The notes beneath the pieces were generated by a model, which did no database searches, was not told the DNA's origin, and was given only the letters and a program-made list of their open reading frames with translations. DNA of 57,954 nucleotides from a virus. Taxonomy: Duplodnaviria > Caudoviricetes. The stretch is from the IMG/VR virus record IMGVR_UViG_3300029171_000007, positions 1-57,954 of that record. One strand, given 5' to 3'. Positions within the stretch are counted from its first letter, which is position 1. The number at the start of each line of letters is the position of its first letter. Below, in pieces: positions 18,439-28,245 of this stretch. The translations under genes were made by a program, and so were the position numbers.

Positions 18439-19288
18439 GTTCAGGGCGGTGGTTTAAGAGTCTGTGAATCTGCTGTTCTTTGTACTTCTCGAAGGTCAGG
18501 CCGTAGTCTTTCCACTTAGCTTCCCATTGATCCCTCCAGACTGGCTCACGTTCTTCCAAAAACCAGACGGAAGTGGAGCCGATGGAGGCGCAAAACTCTT
18601 CAAGGTTTGCAAACGGCTTGACCGATGGCTCTTTCTTTTTGGCCACTCCGGGAAGCACGTCGCCGATCCTTGAAGTGCTGCCACGGGATGCGTCTGGGCG
18701 GGCCACCAGTTTTCTATCTTGGACGGGTTCCTTCGGTTGTTCCTTTGGCTTCTCCGCCACTTTTGGCGGTTGGGCGGTCGGCATACTGGGTTTGCTTGGA
18801 TTCGTCGGGAGAAGCCCAACGTAGGTGTTGAGGGCGCTGAAAAGATGCTGCATTGTAAAACCGTCAGCGGGTTTGTCAAATGGCTTGGTCAAGGTCGTCA
18901 TCATCTCGAAGCAATGGGCAATCCCCAGGAGCGAGAGTTTCTTGTGGACGGGGTTGGTGAACAGCTTGCCGACAAAGGAACGGACCTCGTCACGGAGCGC
19001 GTCGCCCTTCTTCCCGTAGGTCTTGATTGACGCGGCATATTCCAGCACCATCTGTTCGATGATCTCGGCCACCAATGGAGCGAGGAATAAGCGAAGGTCT
19101 TCCACGATGACGAACTGCCCGGCGTACTCGTTGAGCTTCACGCCCAGCGACGCTTTTTGAAAGCTCAGTTCACCGAAGACCGAACCAATGGGTTTCTTGG
19201 CTTCGAGCTCGTTCAAGAAGTGATTGAGGCGTTCCGCCGTTTGGCGAAGTTTGGAGGGGTCGAGCTTGGTGGTTGAGTTTGGATTCAT
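18431..19288 (-). CDS. Hypothetical protein downstream of the initiator (helicase-loader position)
   Basis: 285-aa ORF overlapping the initiator 3' end; no P-loop seen. Confidence 0.65.
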   Translation of the reverse strand: MNPNSTTKLDPSKLRQTAERLNHFLNELEAKKPIGSVFGELSFQKASLGVKLNEYAGQFVIVEDLRLFLAPLVAEIIEQMVLEYAASIKTYGKKGDALRDEVRSFVGKLFTNPVHKKLSLLGIAHCFEMMTTLTKPFDKPADGFTMQHLFSALNTYVGLLPTNPSKPSMPTAQPPKVAEKPKEQPKEPVQDRKLVARPDASRGSTSRIGDVLPGVAKKKEPSVKPFANLEEFCASIGSTSVWFLEEREPVWRDQWEAKWKDYGLTFEKYKEQQIHRLLNHRPEHE

Positions 19289-20006
19289 TTTCGACAGGTT
19301 GTTTTGAGCGTGGATCTGTCAACCAATAGGCGAACTTGGAGCAAGCCTTTGATGTGTTGCCAGAAATTGCGTTGAGTGCGATAAAGTTCTCGGCGCCATA
19401 GAGCCAAGCGCAGAAGCGGAACAGTAACACATTGAGCGTCTCGTCGTCGCCGCGCCATTTGGCCCCGGAAATATACATCTGGAGCGTTTGGGAGCGCGAA
19501 CCATCTGCATCGAAGAACTTTGCCTTCAATACCTCATAAAGCTGGATGGTAGGGTCTTGCTCCTCACGCGTGTGTGTAGAGGGTTTTTGTTCCACTTTGG
19601 TTAATACTTCTATTGCTAATACTTCTATAGGGGTAGTTTCTACCACGGTGGGTTTCACTTGGGTAGTTTCTACCATAGTGGACTCTTCACTTGGGTAGTT
19701 TTTACCATTATGAACATAAACCCAGTTCACCAAATCGGTCACGACCTCATATTCCACATGGGAAAACTGCACCTTCCCGTCCACTTTCACCCGGTGCAAT
19801 TTCAAATAGCCCTCCTTGACCAGCATCGACATGATGTCGTTCCTCGCGTCCTGACCAATGCCCACCACTTCTTGCACCGTCTTGGCCGATGGCCATGCCC
19901 TACGCTGCGCGTTCATGTGCTTGGCATACACCAAGAGCACCGCCAAGGCTTTCGCCCCATGCTTGGGGAGAAATTCGGTCACAAGTCTGTCGTTGATATT
20001 GATCAC
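19170..20006 (-). CDS. HTH-domain replication initiator (lambda O/DnaD-like organisation)
   Basis: N-terminal wHTH (AWPSAKTVQEVVGIG...LVKEGYL); iteron-bearing low-complexity linker. Start proposed at GTG 20006, preceded by TCAACCAC. Confidence 0.72.
   Translation of the reverse strand: MININDRLVTEFLPKHGAKALAVLLVYAKHMNAQRRAWPSAKTVQEVVGIGQDARNDIMSMLVKEGYLKLHRVKVDGKVQFSHVEYEVVTDLVNWVYVHNGKNYPSEESTMVETTQVKPTVVETTPIEVLAIEVLTKVEQKPSTHTREEQDPTIQLYEVLKAKFFDADGSRSQTLQMYISGAKWRGDDETLNVLLFRFCAWLYGAENFIALNAISGNTSKACSKFAYWLTDPRSKQPVENESKLNHQARPLQTSPNGGTPQSLLERARSQETHWFGLR
19561..19710. repeat. Putative replication origin: iterons inside the initiator gene
   Basis: GGTAGTTTYTACC at 19632, 19662, 19694, with TTCACTTG flanks and tandem TAATACTTCTAT repeats. 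Confidence 0.7.
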
Positions 20007-20027
20007 GTCGTGGTTGATGGTTGTTTT

Positions 20028-20125
20028 AAATAAAAATGGGAGCGTGTCCTTTGGGCGTAGAGGCACCCATTGAACACAACTCCCATCGTTCTACGACACC
20101 GCTACGCCTCTACCCGTCGCGGTGT
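20028..20125 (-). promoter_or_regulatory. Two-hairpin leader/attenuator upstream of the initiator
   Basis: Hairpins at 20096-20125 and 20036-20086; the second is followed by UUUUAUUU; the loops are complementary. Confidence 0.55.
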
Positions 20126-20133
20126 GGTTTTCC

Positions 20134-20850
20134 TTAAAATGATAAATCTTCGTCTCCCGCTTCGTTGATGCCTTCTTGGCTCATGGCAAAGCGGGCGTTG
20201 TCCTCGATGACGCGCTCGATGGCTTCACGGGAAATGGTCATGCCGTCGTTGATGGAGCCCATGGCAATTTCAACCTCACCAACTTCCACGTCTTGCTCCA
20301 TGAACCCTTCAAAGTCAAATTCCAGCTGGGCTTGGGAAAGGCCGAGAATCCCTGCGTAATTCTCTTGAACGTAGCGTTCCAACTCGCAGTGATGGCGGAA
20401 CACGTCGTTCAAGATTTCTTGCACCCTTACACGCTCCACGTCCTCCTCATTCCTGCAAGATTCGTAGTTCACCTCGGTGTACATAAATGGGTACGGCTCT
20501 GTCTTGGCGGTGAGCGTGAAGCCGTGCATGCGCTGCTCCAACGCAAAGGAAATCATGGTGAGGCCCTTTACTTTGATAGCATAACCGCTGATGCGGACGG
20601 GGCACCCGTCAAAAATCTTTTGTACACACTCATTGATGCGGTCAAGAATGGCCATCATTGGCTTGGGGATAAGCCCTACCTTTGCGTTGACCTCAGCAGA
20701 TTCCTGCACGGTGGCCAGCATCCAGCCATTAGGTTTCTTGGATAAGCCAAACAGAAAGTTCAGCATTTCGGGGGTAGGCTGACTTTTGAGCTTTTCCATT
20801 TTGGCCAAAAACTCGTCGCCGTTGATTGTCAATGTTCTGTTCTTGCTCAT
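20134..20850 (-). CDS. Hypothetical protein
   Basis: Start ATG 20850 (TAATG overlap); acidic C-terminus ending DEDLSF. Confidence 0.65.
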   Translation of the reverse strand: MSKNRTLTINGDEFLAKMEKLKSQPTPEMLNFLFGLSKKPNGWMLATVQESAEVNAKVGLIPKPMMAILDRINECVQKIFDGCPVRISGYAIKVKGLTMISFALEQRMHGFTLTAKTEPYPFMYTEVNYESCRNEEDVERVRVQEILNDVFRHHCELERYVQENYAGILGLSQAQLEFDFEGFMEQDVEVGEVEIAMGSINDGMTISREAIERVIEDNARFAMSQEGINEAGDEDLSF

Positions 20851-21581
20851 TATGAGTAGATAATTTTGCGCACCGCTTTCTTGGTGCTGGTGGGGAAATC
20901 GTTGCGCAATACCCATTCGGCAAAGCCGATGTCGTTCTTGACGGGCTGCCCGTTATTCTTGCCAAACGTCCAACAAGGGACGCCGTTTTCATTCAGCTTG
21001 ATTTTGCCCGCGTAGTCCACATAAGCATTGCCACGGGTAGAAAGCGCGTGGATGGCGTCAACATCTAAAGCCATGGAGTGGTGGCGCAACTGCGCGTCAA
21101 ACAGCTTGGCCGTCATCTTCACGTCGGCAAGTGCGTCGTGAGCATCAACCGCATCTTCGCCCGTGTAGAACTTGTACGTTGCGCTCAAAGTGCGCTTGTA
21201 CATCTCGGCGTAGATTACGTGGGGATCGATGATTTTAATGTCCTCTAAGGATGGGAACTCAACGCCGGCCAATTCGCATTCCTGGGCAATCATGGGAATG
21301 TCCAAGGACATGACATTGAATCCCATGATAACGGGATTGGGGCCGATAAAATCGGCTACGTCTTGCGCCACCTCTGCAAATCGTGGGCAGCTCTTGAGGG
21401 CCTCGTCGGTGATGCCGGTCACTTCGCTGGCGCCCGCTGACATTGGAATGCCGGGGTTCACCATGATGTTGAAGTAGGCTACTTCTTTCCCGTCCCGATA
21501 GCGGATTGCGGGAAACTGGACAATTTTGTCCGTGACGGTATTTGTGCCCGTCGTTTCAATGTCTAAACAAACGTAGTCCAT
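20850..21581 (-). CDS. DnaQ/epsilon-like 3'-5' exonuclease (DEDDh)
   Basis: LDIETTG, GFN...D, AHDALADV, C-terminal FGKNNG. Confidence 0.92.
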   Translation of the reverse strand: MDYVCLDIETTGTNTVTDKIVQFPAIRYRDGKEVAYFNIMVNPGIPMSAGASEVTGITDEALKSCPRFAEVAQDVADFIGPNPVIMGFNVMSLDIPMIAQECELAGVEFPSLEDIKIIDPHVIYAEMYKRTLSATYKFYTGEDAVDAHDALADVKMTAKLFDAQLRHHSMALDVDAIHALSTRGNAYVDYAGKIKLNENGVPCWTFGKNNGQPVKNDIGFAEWVLRNDFPTSTKKAVRKIIYS

Positions 21582-21713
21582 TTTATGTGGTTGAAATGTG
21601 AATAATCAAAAAAGTTCCCGGCACCGCCTCCCCGCTCAATCCCTCCAGTCTTACCTTACGGTTTCGCGATACAGATCCTCACCGGCACCGGGAATTACAT
21701 AAAAAAAAGATTG

Positions 21714-21786
21714 TGGACCCGAGGGGGTTCGAACCCCTGACTTCCTGCTTGCAAAGCAGGCGCTCTACCAACTGAGCTACAAGCCC
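21714..21786 (-). tRNA. tRNA-Ala(TGC)
   Basis: GGGCTTGTAGCTCAGTTGGTAGAGCG-CCTGC-TTTGCAA-GCAGG-AAGTC-AGGGGTTCGAACCCCT-CGGGTCC-A; G3:U70 pair; CCA not encoded. Confidence 0.93.
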
Positions 21787-21885
21787 TGTTTAAAATTAAC
21801 CGCCCGATGATCTGCATCGCCGGGCGATTCCTGTACTAAGCCCTAGTTCCTTTTTCATTTGATGTTGCAAAGATAATAAAGAATA

Positions 21886-22599
21886 TTACCGTGCAAACTT
21901 TTTGTCGGTTATTTTATCTAAAATATTTTTTGAGCGGCAAAAGTCCAATAGACCGCTCATGCACTCGTTGACGTATCTGTCCATATCTTCTTCCCGGAAG
22001 TACTCGAATTGCTCAAAGGAACACGACTCGATGAAGCCCGGAACAGCCTCGCTTTGCTTTAGGTGGAAGACGTTGTAAATGACGCTGGATACATCTGGGT
22101 AAGCGAGCAAGTACATGCGCCATTGACATGACCCCTCGTAGGTCTCATAGGTGGGCGCCATCTTGGACGTGCTGGTCTTGTGGTCAAAAATCTGCAGTCC
22201 TTCCATCGCGTCCGTCCTGATGATCGAGCGGATGTCTTCACCGTCCACCTTGAAGGAGAGTTCGCCCCACATCTCATTGATGGCGTCCGGGTGTTCTTCC
22301 CTCCACTGCAAGGCCCAGGAATAAGCCTGCTCGGAAAAGCCCCATAGCTTGTCGCCAAACCTATCGTCACGGTAAACCAAAATGGGCTTGCCGTCTTTCG
22401 ATTTTGCGCGGAACGGGTTATTCCCATCTGGGCCATGCTCCAGTATGGCATGGTAAGCGGTGCCAAGGGAGGTGCTTTCGTTGCCCTTGAACGTCTTGTC
22501 AAGGGTCGCGATTAACTCCTCCTCCCCCTTCCCGTACATGCCATCATAGCATGTACGGTACGCCTCTAGTAGCGTGGGGGAAATTAGGAGCCTACTCAT
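21886..22599 (-). CDS. PD-(D/E)XK (RecB/Cas4-like) exonuclease
   Basis: ISPTLL, LGTAYHAILE, D...DHKT, QWRMY. Adjacent to the AAA recombinase. Start ATG 22599. Confidence 0.78.
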   Translation of the reverse strand: MSRLLISPTLLEAYRTCYDGMYGKGEEELIATLDKTFKGNESTSLGTAYHAILEHGPDGNNPFRAKSKDGKPILVYRDDRFGDKLWGFSEQAYSWALQWREEHPDAINEMWGELSFKVDGEDIRSIIRTDAMEGLQIFDHKTSTSKMAPTYETYEGSCQWRMYLLAYPDVSSVIYNVFHLKQSEAVPGFIESCSFEQFEYFREEDMDRYVNECMSGLLDFCRSKNILDKITDKKFAR

Positions 22600-23752
22600 C
22601 GCCTTCCTTTGCGTCCTGTTCTTCCTCTGGTTCCTCGCCTTCAGTGGTGGCGTTGGGGTCGGCCGCGACAAACTTCTTGGTCTCCTTCACGAAGTTGTAG
22701 CCAACGGCATTGGCTGTGGCAACAATCTGCTTCCAGACCATCGTGGCCAGCTCGGTGCCAAGGATATCGCTGGGAAAGTTCTCCGAGAAAGATTTGTAGG
22801 CAAGGTTGATGTCCTTGAGCTTGGAGGCGGCGTTCAAGTGAATCTTGGCAAACAAGAGCGCCCAACGGTCGTTGAATAGCTTGATTGATTGCGCCCTGAG
22901 CGCAGGAGAAAGCGCGTCAAATTCGGGGCGAAGCTTGAGCAATGCGGCAAAGCTTCCACCTTCCTTTTCGCTTTCGATACGGGCCTTGATTTTTTTGAGG
23001 GCTTCCAATGCCTCGGTCTGTGCCTTGGAGCGGCCAAACAAGGATTGCTTGAGGTCGGCGGTAATCTCTGCAAGGAACGTGGAGAACGCAGGTTTCTCCG
23101 CCGATGGCACGACTTTGATTCCCCATCCTGCGGGGTTCTTGCCGATGCGCTCTTGAGTTGGCTCAAAGCTGATTTGACGGCCACGGACACCATCGGCGAA
23201 GTAGTAGCCAATCGCGTCGCTGTGCTTCTGCACAATCTTCTTGGCGCCGCCCGATATTTCAAAAACGATTTTGTCCTCTTTGCCGTCGCCCTTGGCGTGG
23301 CTCAAAAAGATTTGGTCAAAGCCGTTCTTGCGGAGGAAGTCGAAGAACATGACGAATTCCTGTTCGGCGGCCATCCATCCGTCCATGCTCAGGGCGTTGC
23401 CGCCCTTGACGGAGTTGCGGAAGTTTTGCGACTTGACGAACGCGGCGATTTGCCGGTCAATCATTGTGCCCACGGTATCGTGGATGATGGTTTGGTAGCC
23501 TCCCTCTTTGAGGTCGGCAAGCAAAGAGCCGTCTTCCATGCCGTCCTTGATTTGCTTCCAGTCTGCAAAGCGGGCAAAGTCAGGGCGAAGCTCTTTGTAG
23601 GCGCGCTCAATGCCTTCTTCATAGTCAAATACGATGGCCTTGGCGGCTGTGAAACCAAGGCTGGTTTTGCCAATGCCAGGATCTCCAAAGATGGCAAGCG
23701 CAACGGGCCTGCGGATAATTTCCGCGTCTGTTTTTTGGATGGTTAGTCCCAT
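22592..23752 (-). CDS. AAA_24/Sak4-like ATPase (single-strand annealing recombinase)
   Basis: GDPGIGKTS, FDYEEG, IIHDT, LSHAK, DAIGY, GKNP. Confidence 0.82.
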   Translation of the reverse strand: MGLTIQKTDAEIIRRPVALAIFGDPGIGKTSLGFTAAKAIVFDYEEGIERAYKELRPDFARFADWKQIKDGMEDGSLLADLKEGGYQTIIHDTVGTMIDRQIAAFVKSQNFRNSVKGGNALSMDGWMAAEQEFVMFFDFLRKNGFDQIFLSHAKGDGKEDKIVFEISGGAKKIVQKHSDAIGYYFADGVRGRQISFEPTQERIGKNPAGWGIKVVPSAEKPAFSTFLAEITADLKQSLFGRSKAQTEALEALKKIKARIESEKEGGSFAALLKLRPEFDALSPALRAQSIKLFNDRWALLFAKIHLNAASKLKDINLAYKSFSENFPSDILGTELATMVWKQIVATANAVGYNFVKETKKFVAADPNATTEGEEPEEEQDAKEGDE

Positions 23753-23798
23753 GATGGTGTGGTTGAACTGTGAAATAATATGGTTGAAAAAGATAATG

Positions 23799-24218
23799 CT
23801 ATCCTTCGCCCACGGCTTGGGCGATTTCCGCTTTCATGCGGGCTTCCACGACGTCGATGCCGATTTCAATCAGCCTGATGTAGGTGTCTTCCAGACGAAC
23901 CATTTCCCACGTGGCCTTGAGTGTGGCCACTTGGTCGGCGAAAGCCTTGGGAATGTTGATGGCATGGCCGGACGTTGGTAGGGTGGTGTGGTTCACCTCC
24001 ACGAAGCGAAGGCCGTAGTAGTCGGGATTGGTCTTGTACGCCTCAAATCCCATCTCGGCAAGACGCACATATGCGTGCTTTACCGTTGCCCGTGGGTTGG
24101 GGCCACGCTGCGGACGATCGTCGTACAAGAGAATGCCACGCACATCTTTATGTGCCTGCGCTGGCAACCTGATGATCTTGCTGATGCAACCCTGCTTGGG
24201 GAATGTTTCAAATTTCAT
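23799..24218 (-). CDS. Hypothetical protein
   Basis: Follows the promoter box at about 24233. Confidence 0.6.
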   Translation of the reverse strand: MKFETFPKQGCISKIIRLPAQAHKDVRGILLYDDRPQRGPNPRATVKHAYVRLAEMGFEAYKTNPDYYGLRFVEVNHTTLPTSGHAINIPKAFADQVATLKATWEMVRLEDTYIRLIEIGIDVVEARMKAEIAQAVGEG

Positions 24219-24316
24219 TTTATATTTATTTATTGCAAAGGTAATAAGGTTTTTTTAATTATCAATAGGGTAGGGGAAAATATTTCGGGTAGTCTTCACC
24301 CCATTGACTAGGTAAA

Positions 24317-24544
24317 TTACTTCTTATCGCCGTCGCTGAGCTCAAAGAACTTGGGCATGTCTTCTTTGTCAAGGCCCATGGCTCTAATCAGTTGATACTC
24401 CACCTTGGCGGAGTTGACGATGACGTTGCCAAGATTAGCTATCGCCTCGGCCTTTTCGACGTCGAAGTTCGAGTCCTCGTCCAAAAGATTTTCTATTGTT
24501 GCGAATAAGTGATCGCGGAGGTTACTGAGTTTGTTACGTGCCAT
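24317..24544 (-). CDS. Conserved-type phage hypothetical protein
   Basis: NKLSNLRDHLFATIE..AEAIANLGNVIVNSAKVE; this type often accompanies such HNH genes. Confidence 0.7.
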   Translation of the reverse strand: MARNKLSNLRDHLFATIENLLDEDSNFDVEKAEAIANLGNVIVNSAKVEYQLIRAMGLDKEDMPKFFELSDGDKK

Positions 24545-25193
24545 GTGGTTGTTGATTTTTTTGATGATTGGAAATGACTTTTTTTAACTTGCTCACGGCC
24601 CTGATGGCCTGTTTTAACTCTGTGGGATAATTGTGAATAGTATTGCTTGCCATCTGTTCGGAGCGGTGCACCAGTACAAGGTTATTGATGTTCACATTGT
24701 CTTGGTTCCCGTCCTTGAATTTGACCACGTATCCTTCCGGTACGGAGCCGTTGACGAGCTCCCATATAAAGCGGTGCCATTGCTTCCATTCGGCCAATCC
24801 TACACGAATCCACCAGTAGCCGTCTGCACGTTTGTTGATATGGCCGTTCGACTTGGTGTTGTGTGGCATTTGCCCGGCTTTAAACTGCGTTTCGACGCCT
24901 CCCATGCAAAGCCCCTTTTTTCCCTTATTCCACGACACTTGTCCTTTGACGAACCGCGTGCACTTGGAATGGGCCTGTAGTTCACGTCCGCACTCCTGGT
25001 ACTTTTGCCTGATGTAGTCGGGGTCTTTTTTCATGCCCAGTCTGCTGGCACGCTGGTTCACTTTGGACATGGGCACCCCAAGAAGTTCGGCTACCTTTGC
25101 TGATTCCATATAGGGGAATAACTCGCGTAGCCGAACGTCTTCCTCGGGCGTCCAAACTTTCCTTGGTGATTTGGAAGTGTTGGCATCCATCAT
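24534..25193 (-). CDS. HNH endonuclease with N-terminal Myb-like HTH
   Basis: WTPEED..L, FVKGQVSWNKG, HRFIWE..NG.VP.G..V.FKDGN..N....NL. Confidence 0.85.
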   Translation of the reverse strand: MMDANTSKSPRKVWTPEEDVRLRELFPYMESAKVAELLGVPMSKVNQRASRLGMKKDPDYIRQKYQECGRELQAHSKCTRFVKGQVSWNKGKKGLCMGGVETQFKAGQMPHNTKSNGHINKRADGYWWIRVGLAEWKQWHRFIWELVNGSVPEGYVVKFKDGNQDNVNINNLVLVHRSEQMASNTIHNYPTELKQAIRAVSKLKKVISNHQKNQQPHGT

Positions 25194-25498
25194 TAAACCC
25201 TCTCGGTGTAAATCTGGGTGGCGAAATACTTCACAAGCGCATCGGCATGGGAACCGTTGAGCGAGCGAAAGTTTGCCTTGGGGCCGATGACTGCCTTGGC
25301 GACCAGGGTGATGTCAGCATCTGATTGTACCCATTGCGGTGCGGGGATGACGATGTACTCCGTCATGCAGTTGCCGTTGAAGCCATGAAAAAACCCATCT
25401 TCCTCGGGCTTTTCGCCGCACATGTGGTTAAGGTTAATCGTGGCCGAACGGTCAGAATTGTCAATCGGAATCCAAAGGTTGTGGTGAAGGACTGGCAT
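25193..25498 (-). CDS. Hypothetical protein
   Basis: Follows a promoter and TCAACCAC. Confidence 0.6.
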   Translation of the reverse strand: MPVLHHNLWIPIDNSDRSATINLNHMCGEKPEEDGFFHGFNGNCMTEYIVIPAPQWVQSDADITLVAKAVIGPKANFRSLNGSHADALVKYFATQIYTERV

Positions 25499-25610
25499 AC
25501 TACGTGTGTGGTTGAACGTTTGAAAATTTTAATTGCTCATTAATTTATTGCAAAGATAATAAGACATTACAACACGCGCAATAGTTGGGCAAAGTTTTTT
25601 TAAAATAATT

Positions 25611-25889
25611 TCAATCAAGCGAAACGGCTACATAGTTTTTAATGCGTTTCAACCTTTCCTCGCAGTGTCTACTGCATGGCGATGGAGCAGAGACCCAAGT
25701 ATCTGGGGATGTCTCCACCCATCCTTTTGCCACCATCTGCTCACGTGTCAAGATATAAGGGGTAGTGACCGAATTGCATTCCCCGCAGACGTTGCACTTG
25801 GTGAATACCTTGCACCATTGCCACAGCGACGACCTTGGTGGCGGTAGCTTCTTGGGTATTGGTTCCAGTTCGAACAAGGTTAGTTGCAT
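25611..25889 (-). CDS. Hypothetical Cys-rich protein
   Basis: CNVC...CSRHC. Confidence 0.55.
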   Translation of the reverse strand: MQLTLFELEPIPKKLPPPRSSLWQWCKVFTKCNVCGECNSVTTPYILTREQMVAKGWVETSPDTWVSAPSPCSRHCEERLKRIKNYVAVSLD

Positions 25890-25891
25890 GG

Positions 25892-27868
25892 CTATTTTTT
25901 TAGGCCGGTTTCTTTTGATAAAAATGCAAGCCGTTCCACCAATTCCTTTGGCAGTTGCTTGTGATACTTCCGGGCAATACGAATGCCCAGCACGGCTTGA
26001 CGTGGGGTCAATACCGGCCGCTTGGCCAAGGCATTGCCGACCGCCGAATCAATCTTGTTGAAGCCGATGCCGTTGGTATTGGTCGCCCCATCGGTATCGT
26101 TTAACGCAATATGTTTCAACGCCGAATGCACGGCATGGCAAAACTCCGAATTGAATAGGTTGCTTTCCACGCCTATCTTCTCCACCGTCACGGAATCGGT
26201 CGCGCCTCTGTCCTTGCTCACCACCATTTCATCGGCGACCATTTGCGCCTGGCTTTTGTCCAATGCCGCTTCGATTTCCTTCTGCTTCGCGATGAGGGTA
26301 TTGACCACGTTGGCGTCCATACTCCCCTCCATGATGAAGTGGATAATGAGGCAATTGTCCAACTGGCCCATGCGGTGAATCCTATCCTCCGCTTGCGTGA
26401 CGTTACCGGGCACCCAATCAAGTTCTATAAATGCCAATACCTTCGCGGCCGTCAAGGTGATGCCCGTACCTGCTGCCATGATGGAGCCGATGAATATCCG
26501 CACGTCCGGGTTGTTCTGAAAGTCGTCCACCGGCTTTTGCCGTTGGTTTGTGGGCACGGAACCGTCAATCTTCACGGCCCTGTATTTTTTGAACGCCTCC
26601 ATCAGCATATCCACCACCTCCTTATGATGGGCGAAGATCACCACTTTGGGTTCCGTCTCCAACAAGTCCTCGATAAAGGAAATGAACATCGGCACTTTGG
26701 CAATAGCCACTTTCTTGCGGGCCTCTGCAAGTTCGGAGAACGCCTGCTTGTTGGCGTTCCTCATCATGGCCACCGCTTCCGCATATCCCCCGTCAGCTTT
26801 GGCCAGTTCCACCGCAATCTTGAGTTCTGCCAAGTGGTTCTCCTTCAAGGAATGGGCGTTCCTTTCCGCGCTCAGCGCGTCTTGGGCCTCTTTACCTTGT
26901 GGCGGGATGATGACCACTTGGCGTTCCTTTGGCGGGAGTTCGGTCAGCACGTCCTTCTTTAGGCGCCGTATCATGATGGAGCCCCGAAGTTTGTTCTGGA
27001 GCTCCTCCAACCGCTTCGCGTTCTGAAAGTCCACGTAGCGGCGTTTAAATAAATACTGGTCACGGCCAAGCCCTTGCGGGTCCAACCACTTGAGCAGCGC
27101 GAATATCTCCATCACCTTATTGGGGATGGGCGTGCCGGTCATGGCGATGTTCCTTTTCCCCCTGAGCGGTGGCAACCTCTTCCCATCGTCCAACGTGCCC
27201 CCTATAATGGCCACCGAGCGACGTGCCTTCAAAGACTTCAAATAATGGGCCTCGTCAACGATGATGGCATCCCACTCCCTTTCCCTGAGCGAATGCGCGT
27301 GCCGGCCAAGAATGTCGTAGTTGATAATCACCACCTGTTCACGCGGGAGCTTGTCGCCCTGGGCAATACCGATGATCATCTTCTTGATGCTCCACTTGGT
27401 GAACTCCCGATACCAGTTATACTTCAGCGAAGCGGGGCAAACGATAAGCACGCTCTTCGCCTCGGGCATACAGTTCACGATGCCGATGGCCTGCACTGTC
27501 TTTCCCAGCCCCATATCGTCACCAATGAGCGTGTTTTCTTGGTGCATCCCAAAGAAGATGCCAGCCCTCTGGTACGGCCTGAGCGATAGCCCCTCCGGCA
27601 CCGGGATGGGGTAGTCGGTGTCTTGCGCCCTTGACATCTCAATCTTTTGATGCTTGAGCGCATATTGGCGGTCAAACTCCGCGGCTATCTCGGGCTGTCT
27701 CGTGGTCAAATCGTCCACGAGCCTTGCGTCGGTGGTAGTCCATAGCTTCTTGGTGCTATCCCAACGACAATTGTGCTCACGGCAAAATTCAACGGCACGC
27801 GCATCGTATGGGAACACCAATTCCCAACGCTCGTTTTCCGCATCAAAAATTACTTCGATGTGTCTCAT
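25892..27868 (-). CDS. SNF2-family (SMARCAL1/HARP-like) helicase
   Basis: LRPYQ, DDMGLGKT, DEAH, TGTP, RRLKKDV, QAEDRIHRMGQ. Confidence 0.93.
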   Translation of the reverse strand: MRHIEVIFDAENERWELVFPYDARAVEFCREHNCRWDSTKKLWTTTDARLVDDLTTRQPEIAAEFDRQYALKHQKIEMSRAQDTDYPIPVPEGLSLRPYQRAGIFFGMHQENTLIGDDMGLGKTVQAIGIVNCMPEAKSVLIVCPASLKYNWYREFTKWSIKKMIIGIAQGDKLPREQVVIINYDILGRHAHSLREREWDAIIVDEAHYLKSLKARRSVAIIGGTLDDGKRLPPLRGKRNIAMTGTPIPNKVMEIFALLKWLDPQGLGRDQYLFKRRYVDFQNAKRLEELQNKLRGSIMIRRLKKDVLTELPPKERQVVIIPPQGKEAQDALSAERNAHSLKENHLAELKIAVELAKADGGYAEAVAMMRNANKQAFSELAEARKKVAIAKVPMFISFIEDLLETEPKVVIFAHHKEVVDMLMEAFKKYRAVKIDGSVPTNQRQKPVDDFQNNPDVRIFIGSIMAAGTGITLTAAKVLAFIELDWVPGNVTQAEDRIHRMGQLDNCLIIHFIMEGSMDANVVNTLIAKQKEIEAALDKSQAQMVADEMVVSKDRGATDSVTVEKIGVESNLFNSEFCHAVHSALKHIALNDTDGATNTNGIGFNKIDSAVGNALAKRPVLTPRQAVLGIRIARKYHKQLPKELVERLAFLSKETGLKK

Positions 27869-28233
27869 TTGAACTTGATTTCAAGGGTGGGTTTGTCGTC
27901 TGACTTCGTGGCCTTCCCGGAAGCGATTAATTCCTGTTCAATCGTTTCTTTTTGCGCTGTCAGTTCCGCGATTTCGTTGTACAAGGATTTGCACAAGCGT
28001 TCGCACTCCTCTCGCTTTGCCTCTATGAGGTGGTCGATGGTCTTGATGGCATCGTCCTCGGGCACTTGCCACTTGCCCTTGGTCACTTTGACCAAGAATG
28101 AGGCGTCTCCATAGGTACCTTTGCTCCCGGCGTTCTGGGCTTCCTCCAATGCTTTTGGCTTGAGGCTTTCCATCTTGCCTTGCAGTTCCTTTTCCTTACG
28201 CTTGAGCGCGATGTACTTGATGAGGTTTTTCAT
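27865..28233 (-). CDS. Hypothetical coiled-coil protein
   Basis: 122-aa ORF; ATGA overlap with the helicase. Confidence 0.7.
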   Translation of the reverse strand: MKNLIKYIALKRKEKELQGKMESLKPKALEEAQNAGSKGTYGDASFLVKVTKGKWQVPEDDAIKTIDHLIEAKREECERLCKSLYNEIAELTAQKETIEQELIASGKATKSDDKPTLEIKFK

Positions 28234-28245
28234 GGGTGGTTGAAT

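Noticed and set aside
20007-20066. N-terminal extension of the initiator from GTG 20066
   Set aside because: It lies inside the terminator-like hairpin; GTG 20006 has the genome's usual TCAACCAC leader.
21714-21786. tRNA-Ala as an attP/integration site
   Set aside because: No integrase recognised and no duplicated tRNA fragment.
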